Positions 47,902 through 59,940 of a DNA stretch of 64,000 nt are shown piece after piece. Made by a program: the position numbers and the translations under genes. Source of the DNA: Zygnema circumcarinatum SAG 698-1b (lineage: Eukaryota; Plantae; Zygnematophyceae); assembly GCA_037447605.1 (NCBI GenBank), contig CM074804.1, forward strand, positions 2,542,001-2,606,000, given 5' to 3'. The notes under the pieces are model-generated. The model worked only from the letters and a program-made list of their open reading frames with translations, ran no database searches and had not been told where the DNA came from. Positions within the stretch are counted from its first letter, which is position 1; the number at the start of each line of letters is the position of its first letter.

Positions 47902-50338
47902 TCACCTGTCTTTGCCTGTCTGCGGGAAGTCCTGGAGAGTGGAATCTTTGTACCCGTCCACATGTTGGAGCCGCATGCTCGCCAACACCTGCACCGAGTC
48001 CAGACATTCTTTCCTTACAGATTAACTTGTATTATCACTATAATACAAGTCCTCGGAGGCAGTTGAATCTAACGATGGAAGCGCAGTCAAATAGACACGT
48101 ATAGAAGGTCTTTTGAGTTTTAGGGTTTCTCCAAGAATTCGAGGGTTTCATAGCAGGGCCCACCTGATCGTCCGCATAATTGTATGCCCGTCGGAACGCG
48201 GCGTGACACTTTCCGTCCACCTCGCCCTGATCGTCCAAACAAAATTTGCAGCCGCCAAAATTAATAACGAAGGGTACATCGCTGCGATACTCCTTTTCCA
48301 GTTGTCGCATTCTGAGTGGCACAAGCTGCTCGACCGCCTCCTTCCATGAGCCCTGCAGGCCTGCAGTTAATTTTGTGGATTTTAGGGTTGTACCAATTAT
48401 CGGGTGTCCAATATTTTAGGGAATTGGGGCTTTACTTCGAAGGTTCTTGATTTTTTGCTCCTTTCACATGTTTTTCATGTTTCGAACCATACACAGGTCG
48501 GACAATTGAATCGGCAACCATGGGCCGACCATTGTTTGCAAGTTGGTGTGGGAGGGAGGGAGGAGGACAACAAGTTGAAGTTCGCACAGGGGATGGTTCG
48601 CAACTATTGGCAACCAATGGTTGCAATCATTGGCAACGGTTGACTGGTCTGCCACCCGATGGTTGCAACCATTAGCGATGGATGGCGACTATCAAATACA
48701 TTGGTTTGAACCAATGTCGACGGTTGGCTAGGTCCAACGCCAATAGTTTGAATCATTGGCGTTGGTTGGAGACCATTGGGTCCAATGGTTCCAACCATTG
48801 CCAGTGGTTGGCTGGTCCACCCATCAATGGTTGCAATCGTTGCTGACGGTTGTCAGCCATTGGACACATTCAATGGCTGCCAGCCATTGGCGGGTTGGAA
48901 CCATTCGACAGCGCAAAACTTACACGCCGAATGGCAGTCGAACTCATCTCTCGACATTTGATGGAGGCGAAGTGCTTTAACCATTACATCACTACCGAGC
49001 TCTAGGTGAGAAAGTTAACTCTAAAAAAAATAAGGCTCCCAAACCAAGGGTTCCAACCATTTGAAATGATTGTAATCCAATGGTTGCATCCATAGCCAAT
49101 GGTTGGCCGCAGCGGCAGAAGCATCGGATTGCGGGCGCCGGCGGCGGACACGTTCTTCGCCGTGCGATCGCCGGGGCCTCGTGCGACAGACATGAGAAAA
49201 GTTCCATAGTGCGACAGAAAATGGCCCCGCGAGCAACGACGTGCGACTGCAAGCGTCACTCTCCGCCGCCTGGTTCCACCAAGCGACGGATCCACGTGGA
49301 CTCCGGCACCTTGCGGGACCTACGACGCCAGATCCACAAGCGCACGGATCCACGTGGACCCCGCCGATTCACGCGACTCCTTGAAATCGCGCCTCGTATC
49401 GACCACTATTCGATACGGACGATCGGATCGCCGCGAATTCAGGACCCGAATTTAGCGCCTTTGACCTTCCGCAAGCGAATTCGGTGACTGCGGAAATCGT
49501 CGTCACCCTCCACGATCAACCTCCGCAAAACCCTAAACCCTAAACTCTAAGCCAAACCCAACATACAGTGCCCTGAATCCTAAACGCTAAACCCTCACTT
49601 CTGAACCCTCAAAGGCACGGGAAATGCAAGCTCACCTCCTAAGCTTATACTTTCAAAGACGATTTTTTCCTTTTCTTTGTGATTCTCACGAATATTGTAT
49701 AGCAAGAAAAGGAGGACCGCTCTCTCGGTGACACCTGGCATCTCCTTCACGGCCTCCCATAGCCCGGAGTGGACTCCGGATCCAACTTTAAGAGCCTTTT
49801 CTCGCTCGGATTCCATTCGCTCCAAAAAATTAAGGCTCCAAGGATCACTGCTTAAAAAGTCGATCCCCATCAAAAAAAAAAAAANNNNNNNNNNGGGGGG
49901 GGGAATGTTAGAGGGTTTTCCTGGATTTTAGGGGCTTTTAGGGTTTTCAGGACGGGGAATGTGGACTGGATAGAGAAAAAAAATTGCGGTCTGTATGTTC
50001 GACCAAAAGAAGAGTTTCTCATTTCAGGTAATCGGACTAGGAAGGATTGTGTCGAAGGCAAAAAGAAAATTTCGGGCAGACGGGCAGGCGGACGGGCAGG
50101 CTGAAGAAAAAGTACCTTCTGATCAGAAATGTTCCCAAGTTGATGTTTCCGTGTGACGGCGTTCTGAAAATTTGCCATTCCTCACTTGGGCCGAAAATCA
50201 GGTTGACTTCGTTTTCGTACTTTTCCAACGGCAGCCGAAAATTTAGATCGGTGATCAAACTTTCGTGGTCCAGCCACCAAAACCAGTCGTACTCGTAAGG
50301 ATATAGCTTCATGAGCTGAAATTGATAAATGAACAGGC

Positions 50339-50414
<76 letters not shown>

Positions 50415-52251
50415 GGAGGGGAGGGGGAGGGGGGAGGGGGAGGGGGAGGGGGAGGGGGAGGGGGGAGGGGGGAGGGGGGAGGGGGGAGGGGGGAGGGGGA
50501 AGGGGAGGGGGAGGGGGAGGGGGGAGGGGGGAGGGGGAGGGGGGAGGGGAGGGGAGGGGAGGGGGGAGGGGGAAGGGGGAGGGGGGAGGGGGAGGGGGGA
50601 GGGGGGGAGGGGGAGGGGGAGGGGGGAGGGAGGAGGGGGAGGGAGGAGGGAGGGAGGGAGGGGAGGGGGAAGGGGGAGGGGGGAGGGGGGAGGGGGGAGG
50701 GGGGAGGGGGGAGGGGGGAGGGGGGGCGAGGGAGAGAGAATGGGAGGGAGAAAGGGAGAGAAAGAGAAAGGGGCAGGCAGGGAGAGGGAGAGATAAGTGG
50801 GAGAAGGAGAAATAGAGAGGAAGGGGAGGAGGGAGAGGGAGAGCGAGACATGGAAAGGAGAGAGGGAGTGAGAAACGGAAACGAGATCGGGAGAGAGGGA
50901 GAGGGAGAGGGAGGGGAACAGAGTATTTTAGAGTTTCTACTGGAGGCCGAGGTGACCGGGCAAAATGAACTTTGTGAAGAAATTGAACAAAAAGCATCCA
51001 AACAAACTCAGAAAACAAACTGACACGTGATACGAACAGCTTTTCTAAGGAAAAGCAGGAAAAAAAAAGAAAGGCAAAGGAAGTGGAATAGAGGATTAAC
51101 CTTCTTCAAGAGCGCAACTTTATTCCACTCGTCCTTGACCTCAGGATCCACTTTGTCGAACATGAACCAAATATCGAAACCATGCATTCTCGCATAGTCC
51201 GCGTGATTCTTCATCACCTCCGACAAGTGGCCGCTCTTACCTGCTCGAGGGAGAGTGGGGGAGAGAGAGAGAGTGGGAGAAAGAGAGGGAGGGGGGGAGA
51301 GTAGGAGAAAGAGAGAGAGAATTGAAAGCATAGAGAGGAAGAGGGAGAGAGAAAGAGAGAAAGGAGCAAATGAGAGTTACAAAGAGGGAGGTGGGGGACA
51401 GGAAGTAATTTCAAGGTTTAGGGTCTCGAAGTTTTTAAGTTTTCGACGCTTTAAAAGTGAAGAGTCTTGAGGTTTTTAAGCTTTAAAAGCTTTAAGATTT
51501 CACGATTTTAAGATTTCCGGAAATTAGGGTTTTCGTTATAGGGTTCACCTGCTGCGAGGCAGTCCGGCGGAGCGGCTGTGACGATGAGCACCGTGTGGTG
51601 CAGCGGAATTTTTGAGCCGCTTCGGATGACACCATCTGCCATGGAAATGTGCCAAATTCCTAATGTCAAGTTGACTTAAAACTGAGGTCGAAACGGAAAT
51701 TGAGATCAGAGCCAAAACCCTTTTACCATAAAAGAAAAAGGTTTTACTCCAATTTTACTAATTCTTAGCAGGCATCGAACATCTAAGGCATCTAACATTA
51801 AACCTTAAAATCTAAATCCAAATGCATAGGCTCCAGACCGCAAAACCTAAGCCCAAACCCGAAACCCTAATCTGATATCCTTGGAAGATGTACAATAAGG
51901 GCAAATGAAAGAGAATAAAATAGAAAAAATAAGACAAGGCGATTTGTTTTTTTTAGAGGGTCAGGGTTCAGCGCCGGAAATGCCATGGTTTGGGGTTTGG
52001 AATGTAAACCACAAAATTTACGATTTAGGGTTTAGGGTTTTACTCGTCGCGTGGAAGCCCTCCCACGTGTCAACCAGGAAGCGGTCGGTGGTTTTGCCGC
52101 CCCACGCCGAGAAGTTTCGCAGAAGGAGCAGCAGGAAGCAGAAAGCGCCAAAAAGTGCCACGTGGCGAAATGAGGTTGGTCGCAGCTTCAGCCGCCCGGG
52201 CAGCCGCAGACTGCCTTTGTCCGCTTTCTCCAGCGTGGGGAGGGCCGCCAT
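47902..52251 (-). CDS. Glycosyltransferase family 34 (XXT/GMA12-MNN10-like), 7 exons, ~376 aa
   Basis: Exons 52251-52044, 51635-51549, 51240-51101, 50315-50116, 49847-49636, 48360-48164, 47988-47902. Type II TM anchor; VLIVTAAPP, KNHADYARMHG, EWNKVALLKK, YDWFWWLDHESLITDLNFRLPLEKY, INLGTFLIR, WSLNFLE, PFVINFGGCKFC, RAYNYADDQVL. Confidence 0.92.
48490..49110. repeat. CAACCATTG/CAATGGTTG palindromic-unit repeat, long copy (GT34 intron 5)
   Basis: More than 20 degenerate CAACCATTG/CAATGGTTG motifs starting at CAGGTCGGAC. Confidence 0.85.
50336..50730 (+). repeat. (GA)n followed by an almost pure G/A (GGGGA)n tract in GT34 intron 3
   Basis: Directly visible polypurine tract. Confidence 0.95.
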
Positions 52252-52594
52252 GGCGCTGAATCCTAAACTATGATAAAACCTAAACCCTACAAAAAAATTA
52301 TTATCTTTACACCGTATAATTTCCACGATGTGGGTTCAGATTCCGCTTCAGGTTAACGTTCCGTTGCAGTTTTTATGAGTTTTCCGGTTTTTCAAGGTCC
52401 CAGGTTTTCCGAACTTTAGGGTTCAGGGAGTCCGAGGTCAAACTTTTGAGGCTTTGAAAGTGAGCCAAGGCCAGTGAGGGCTTAGCAGCAGCAGAGAAAC
52501 CACCCACAAAACGACAACGACCAAATGTCGGTGGTGGTCGGTGCACAACTGGCGTCAGTACAAAATGTCGGTGCCCATTCTTATGGATGGACGC

Positions 52595-52982
52595 TTTTAA
52601 TGTTGTATCGCGATATATCGGATATCGGGCCGCGCCCCATTGGAGGGTACAGATATGGATGGGCTCCTGCCAGATTTGTTTGTCGCTCGTGGGGACGGCG
52701 GAGATTGTCGCGTTGTACAGAAAAACGACAAGAGAAGTCAAACTGACACGTCACACTGTTGTGATGACGCCATTAACACTGAACATCTGCAGTAGTGGCT
52801 GAGTTCATGTTGTACGGCAGCAAAAATGCGCCAGTGATCTCGATATATCTCTATATATTTAAATATGTCTCGATATTTCTCAACACTGAGGACAATAACG
52901 TACGCGATATATTTCGGAGGTATTGTTCGATACACATATGTTATATCGAGGTTGAAATATCGTCCTGTATCGGGCACTGCCC
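52595..52982. repeat. CGATA/TATCG-rich dispersed element, copy 2
   Basis: GTATCGCGATATATCGGATATCGGG ... TCGATATATCTCTATATATTTAAATATGTCTCGATAT ... TATCGGGCACTG. Confidence 0.6.
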
Positions 52983-53458
52983 TGCCCGCCTTATTCAACG
53001 AACGCTAAAATGCAAACCCTAATTAGGTCTGGGCAAATCTAACCGTAATCTGAAGCTCTGGTTGCACGGCGTGCTGGAACTGTCGTGCTGACTAGTCCTG
53101 GCCCGAATTCTGACCAATATTAACGTTAGCAAGGTTGTAATTCAAACCCTTCTCTTTACCGTGTCCATGGTCTCCTAAAGCTTCAGGGCCAATCCTAATC
53201 CCGGCCCTTGACCCTGACCTTTGGCCTTGAACCTCAGGCGCTGGCTTCAGAACACCTTTAAGCCAGAAGTTGCAGCCTGCGTCTCCACCTCGGAAGCTCT
53301 ATTCTGAACCCCAACCCTGAACTTTCGAAACCCTAATTTCTCCCGCACAGCGCGTTCCCAACCCCAATCCTCATTCGCTTCCAGCTGGGCGGGCAAGAGA
53401 CTAGGTCAAGGCTGTGCATTTATGCAGCGCGAGTCCGTCTGCGGACGAGGGCGGAGCC

Positions 53459-56400
53459 ATGCGGCCCACGGAGGCGCCGTCACACGCAACGGAGAACGGA
53501 GGACTGCACAGCGATGACTTCGACATGGAAATACTGAAGCGCTCCGTCCGGCTCTCCCCGAAGTCCTCCAAATGGGCGCGGGCCCTGCGGCTGGGGCTGG
53601 GACCCAAGGCGAAAAAAACAACATTTGAAGCCTCGGGTGAGACTCGTTTTCTATTAGGATTTAATGGCCTACAGCAATTCCCTGAACTGGTTGTAAGATA
53701 CTCCGTACTCTGTGCACTCCGTAACTTGCAAAGGCAAAATGCAGATGTAAATGTTTTTATCTTTTTCGTTTTTCGCTTTTTTGAAGAAAAGATTCGGAGA
53801 CGGAACGCCAGCTGGCGCTCATAATGGAGGGGCCGAGCAGGTCGGGGAATTCGTCCAATAATGGCGCCATTCCTGTTTTTTATAAGCAGGTTCGCTCGTT
53901 TTGACGAGGATATACAAGAAATTGAAGTAATCGAGATGATAGTTTTAAAGAATGGATAAGTGGGAGGCTTCCTTCTTTTTTTTTTCCTTCTTTCCAATAG
54001 GAATATGAAAGGAAACGAAAAAAATATGAAAAGAGTAGGGATGATAATTGTACAAACTTCTCCCGGGAAAATCTAAAAGGGAGGGGGCGCAAGTGAGGAA
54101 GGGAGGGGGAAAGGGGGAAAGGGAGAGTGGGACGGGGAGTGGGAGCGGGAGAGGGAAACGGAGGGGGCGAGGGAGAGAGGGGGGAGGGGAAAGGGGGGAG
54201 GGAAGGGGGAGGAGAGGGAGGGTGGGAGAGAGGGAGGGGGGAAGGGGGAAGGAAGGGAGGAGAAAGAGGGAGACGGGGGAAGGGGAGGGAGGGGGCGAGG
54301 GAGAGAGGCGGAGAGGGAGAGGAAGAGTGGAGGAGGGGTGTTGGGAGGGGGATGGGGGAAGGAGGGTGGGGAAGAGGGAGGAGGAGGCACGAGGGGATGG
54401 GAAAGGGGGGACGGGAGGGGGAGGGGCGGCTACAGAAGCTTGGAATCCTTAAACTCAATAAAACTAAATATTAAAGACCTAATCTGCAAAATATTGAGAA
54501 TTTTTAAAGAAACTCAGAAGCCCTACTTCGCGATAACCTTTTTTCGAAAACCCGAAGGCTCTTTTTCCGGGCTCTTACAGTTTTCAATGTCTCTATCATC
54601 ATTTCTTTTTCTTAGTTAATTTATTTGATTATCCTTTTTATTTATTTTCTTTCCCTTATGACAAGCCAATCAGAAACCAGCGCCGAATTCTCTTGCTGCT
54701 CGAGTGAACCGACTTGCCCGAATAAAATTTCTCAAGGTAATTCATTCCCAAAGGAAACAAAGCGTTTTCCGTTTCCGTTCTCTCTCTTGCCCCCTCCCCC
54801 TCCCCCGACTCCCCCTCTCGTTCTTCCTTTCTCTCTCTGACATAGATTTTTTGGGCGGCGAACAGAAGCAAGCAGAGGGCCTTTTGGACCAATCCGAGTT
54901 GGAGCTTTTGTGGTACATTTTGCGCGAAAATAGGACACCTCCCGATGACGAATTGGGAGCAGAGCGAGTGCATACCCCCCTCTCTGCCTCTTTACCTCTC
55001 TTGCTCCCTTTCCTCCACTCCTTCCCTCTCCCAAACTCTCCCTCCTCACTGTCTCTAACACTCACATTCTCTTCCCCCACTCCCTCTTCCGTTCCCTCGC
55101 CCTCTCCCACTCCCACTCCCACTCCCTCGCCCTCTCCCTCTCCCTTTCCCTTTCCCTCTCCCTCTCCCTCTCCTTCTGCCTCGCCTTCTCCCTCTCCCTC
55201 TTCGTCTCCCTCTCCTTTTCTCCCTCTCCCTCTCCTTTTCCCTCTTCTTCTCCCTCGCCCCCCTTTCCCTCTCCCTCTCCTCCCTCTCCTCTACTTTCAC
55301 TCACTACATCAAAGGGGGCTCGGATTTTCCTCCAGAGGGAGAGGGCGAGAGGGGGGTTGACAAAAATGGAAGGAGAGGACGTAGTCCCTCTGCGTGTCTC
55401 TCCACTTCTTCCCCAGTTCCCCTCCCACTCTCTCTCGCACTCTCACTCCCTCACTCCCCTGTTCCCCCCCCCCCCCCCGCAGATAAACTTTGACGACTTC
55501 TCGCAAGTGGCTGCGCTCTGCGACGATCGCATCGGCCCAAAGGCGAAACGCTTTTTTAATGCGGCAACTTTTTTGACGTTCGAGGCAGACGATCACGGGA
55601 GGATTGCAATTCTGCCCCTCTACCTCTACATCATGAGATGGGTACAACCTCTCCCTTTTTCTCCCTTGCTCTCTCCTCTCCTCTCCTGTCTCCCACTTGA
55701 ACTCTCTGCCTGTCCTCCCTTCGTCCCATTCTGCTTCCTCTTTGTCGCCTCGTCGCACTCTCTGTTCCTTGTCCACCGTCGCCATCTCTTTTTCCCTGCC
55801 CCTATATTTAACCCCCTGCCCTTTTTCTATCGCCTTCTCTACCTTCGCGCCCTCTCTCTCCTCCCTCCTCTCCCTTCCCCTTCCACTCGTTCGCATCCTC
55901 CTCTTGTCTATAGCGCTCCTCCTCCCGCTATCTCCCCTCCTTGCCCTTCTCTATTCTGAACCTTCTCTCGCCCCTCCCTCTCTCTTTCGCTCTCTTTCCG
56001 CTCTCACTTTCTACTCCTCCCTAAACCCCGTCCTCCCCCACCCCATTTTTCTTCTCTTCCAAAAAGCAAGCGCCGCCCCCTCCCTGCCCTCGNNNNNNNN
56101 NNCCCCCCCCCCCCCCCCCCCCCGAAAATTTTATTTTATATATGTGCCTTTTTTATTTTTTGTGACAGGTCTCGATCACTCAGACGAGAATTGACATGTG
56201 CATGCTCGATCGAGATGCGGATGGATATCTGCTTCCCCATGTAAATCAAAGGACAATAAGAATAAAAAAAAATAGACAATTATAATATAAAATATAAGTA
56301 TTATCTTCATTAGGCTAACAGTAAGGGGGCTTATTGTAACTGCTTTTATGGACTGATATTTTCCAGTTTCAGTTCAGTTTAGTTCTAGTTGACAGGAAAG

Positions 56401-56941
56401 AAAGTCCAGACTCCCTAAAATTCACTTCCGGTATCGCTGATGGTACGGATTTTAGGGTTCAGGATATGTCTTTCTGTTTTCTAAAAGTTTCTGTTATTTT
56501 TAGGTTATGCGCCAAGATTTACGAAGCCACTGATAAACCCTGAAGAACTTCTCTCTTCCTCTCTTGTTCTCCCTCTATTTTTCTTTTTCTTTGATGGTGG
56601 GGGAGGGCCTTTATTTATATTTCACATTGGGGCCGGGCAGGAGATGGAGAGCTACGTAAAGCATTTGGTCCCCAATTTGAGCCTTCTCAGGGCAATGGGT
56701 GAAGCGTTCCTGCCCGTATACTGCCAAATTGTGGTCCGGAAATTCTTCTTCTTCTGCGATATTCAACGGCGAGGTGGGCTTCTGTCACCTCAACTCACTC
56801 TCTGTCTCTCTCTCTACCTCCCTTGGTCTCTCTCTCTCTCTCTCTCACTCTCTCTCTTTTTCTCTCTCTCTAGCTCCCTTCCTCTTTATGCCTCCCACTG
56901 CCGCTCTCTCTCCCCTTTGCTCGCTCTCTTTCTCTGTCTCA

Positions 56942-56997
<56 letters not shown>

Positions 56998-59128
56998 CTC
57001 TCCCTCGCTCTCTCGTCCACTCTCTCTACATGGAAATGTACGTTGTATATGGCAAACTCTGAGCACTATGTTGGGGGCGGAGCGCAGGGAAGCTTTTGAT
57101 TCGAGAGATGGTTTTGAGCCCCCTTTTGTCGGAGCTGATGGAGCTTCGCCAGGTTCACTCCCACTCCTCCGTCTTTCCCTCTCTCCCTCTCCCCCTCCTC
57201 GTCCCTCCCTCCCCCCCTCTCCCCCCCCCCACTCTTCAGATCTCCCTCCCTCCCTCCTACCCAAACGAGATAAGGAGTGGAGGATTTGAACAGTATATGG
57301 ATAAATTGAGTGTGACGTGACGTGACGTGACAGGATGAAGACGAATCGCCGGAAGCAGCATTGGAGGCGACTCAAAATTGGTTCTCTCTTCCCAACGTGC
57401 AACGACTGTACCGTGAGTGCAGGGGGGAGAGGGATGGAGAGAGAGAGAGAGAGCGAAAGAGGGAGAGAGCAAGAGAGAGAGGCGAAGCGAGCGAGAGAGA
57501 GCGACACAAAGAGCGAGAGAGGGGGGGAGGGGAGGACGGGAGGGAGGGAGGGGGGAAGGGATGGAGGGAGTGGGATGGGGGAAGGGGAGATTCAGAGTAG
57601 AGGGCGAGGAGGAAGGGAGCCCGGTGAGAAGGACGGGAGAGAGTGAGCGAAGGGAGAGACGGAGAGGGGGAAGGATGACAGCGGGGTGCTAGAGTCAGAG
57701 TTGAGAGAGCGGAAGCGGGTGGTAGAGAGGGAGAGTGGAAGGGTGAAGGGAAGATTCACGGTAGTGGGAGAGCAAGGGAGGCCGGTGACGACGGGAGAGG
57801 GAGAAACGGAGAGGGGGAGGGGAGGACGAAAGCAGGGTGCTAATGTCTTGCCGTTAAACTGCCCGATGCCGTTATGCCAGAGACAGCGTCGAGAGTGCGG
57901 GAGAGGGCGGGTGGGAGGGAGGCAGGAGAGGAAGGGGTTGGGGGGTTCAGGGGAAGGAGAGAGCGTGGGAGAGGTGGGAGGGAGAGAGGGGAATATAGTC
58001 ATATGACTTCTCCTCTGCATGGCGGGCCTTTCAGAAACGTTTCTTATCCTTGATGCCGACGGAAACGGCATGCTCAGTAAAACGGAACTGCAGTCGTTTG
58101 CGGATGGAAACCTGACAGACATTTTCATTGAAAGGGGTATGTGTGAGGTTTTATATATATATTTTTTTTCCATATTTTTCAGATATTGTGTATGATTAAT
58201 TTTACATTCATGTCAACTGAAGTTATACTTCAAAATTAGTGTTTTTAATCCTCCTTTCAAGGAACCCATTCCCTACCTTTTGTTTGTTTTTTTCATAATT
58301 TTATTTTGTACTTTTCGTTTAATGGAGGGATGGGTTGTTTTTTTTTTCCTGTCAGTTTTTGATGAACAAGTGCGGAGGGCGCGAAATGGAAGCCAAAATT
58401 TACGAGAAATGGATTTAATTAATTTTGTGGACCTCGTTTTGGCGCTCGAAAATCGGCACACTCCGGAAGGCCTCGCCTACCTCTTCAGATGCCTCGACGT
58501 GAGCGGGAGAGGACGCCTCTCTGCTGCCGACGTCTACACTCTCTTCAGGTGGGAGGGGGAGAGTGAGAGAGAGAGAGAGAGCGAGCCGATGGGAGGGAGA
58601 GCGAGGAGGAAGGGTGTCAAGGGAGGTGGTAGGGGGAGGACAGGGAGGAAGAGATGGAGACAGTTTGGTGTCACGGATGTGGGGGGTAGGGGAGGGAGGG
58701 AGGGAGGGAGGGAGGGAGGGAGGGAGGGAGGGAGGGAGGGAGGGAGGGGGTTAGGCATTGTAGAGATCATGTCCTTTGGGAGCTACTCCGTACTTGAGTC
58801 GATGTCATCGTTATTATTTGTTTTTTCTTCATTTTATTCTGATCATTTCATTTCTTTTTCTTTTTTCAGGTCGGTTCACCAGCGGTGGACGGAGGCCGGT
58901 AACTACGAGCTGGCAATCGCGGACGTGAAGGACGAGATCTGGGACATGGTTAAACCAGCAGATCCACTGTTTATCACTTTGGAGGATCTGATCCACTGCC
59001 AGCAGGGCCACACCGTGGTCTCCATGCTGGTGGACGTGGGGGGGTTCTGGGCACACGACAACAGGGAGACGCTCGTGGCACAGAGGGACGGGGGGGCGCA
59101 GGAGGAGGTGGAGGGGGCGGGGAAGTGA
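53459..59128 (+). CDS. TON2: PP2A B'' regulatory subunit TONNEAU2/FASS, 12 exons
   Basis: AIPVFYKQ|KPAPNSLAARVNRLARIKFLK|...LWYILREN|INFDDF...IGPKAKRFF...GRIAILPLYLYIMR|VSITQTRIDM|EMESY...RKFFFFCD|...NWFSL|...DIFIER|VFDE...LVLALENRHTPEGLAYLFRCLD|...NYELAIADVKDEIWDMVKP...GFWAHDNRE. Collinear with FASS as recalled. Confidence 0.95.
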
Positions 59129-59940
59129 GGGGTGGGAAGGGGGGAGAGAGGGAGGGAGGGGGTAGAGAGGGAGAGGGGGGGAAGGGGGGGAAGGGGAGGT
59201 AGAGTGAGTGGGAGGGGAGGGGGAGGAGGGGAGGTAGAGGGAGAGGGAGGGGGGGTGGAGGGAGAGGGAAGTGGGAAAATGGAGGCGGGGGAGAGAGGAG
59301 TGAGGGAGGAGAAACAGAGCAAGAGGAGGGGAGAGTGGGAGAGGGTGTTTGGAGGTGCAAATTTGTTATATTTTATGTCGTTGAGCCGATGGGGTCTCGT
59401 AAATGGACAACTTCTCGCGGTTGAAGTTGATGTATTGTACATTTAGTAGCTGTTTTTTTGGGTATTAATGAGGGATGGATAGGAGTGGGAGCACTTTTAG
59501 GAAAGGCTGCGGCCGCCTCGTGGCCTCCTTATGTATGAAATGAGATAACGGAGGTCGACGCAATCTGGACCATCCATAAACGATTAGTTTGTATGAGTTG
59601 GGTCTGCAGGATTTCACGCGTGAGCAACATAGAACTTCTTATAATGGAGGTGTCGATCTTGACATATGAAACTGTGTTTGTATTGAAAACTTGCGGTTTT
59701 ATTCATAACATTTAAACGGATCTAATTCATTAATATGTATATCCAAAATGAAGTAAACAATTTATTCACATGTAATTTGATTCAATATACATATCCTCCA
59801 CCGACTAGATTACGGAGAAGACGCCGTTCAGCCGTTATTCCATATTAAATTTTCTTCTTTCTAAAACGTCTACTTTCTCCGTATCTATTTTTTACAGAAT
59901 CTCCTTTTATGACGCAGACTACAAACCAGTTATTCAGTTT

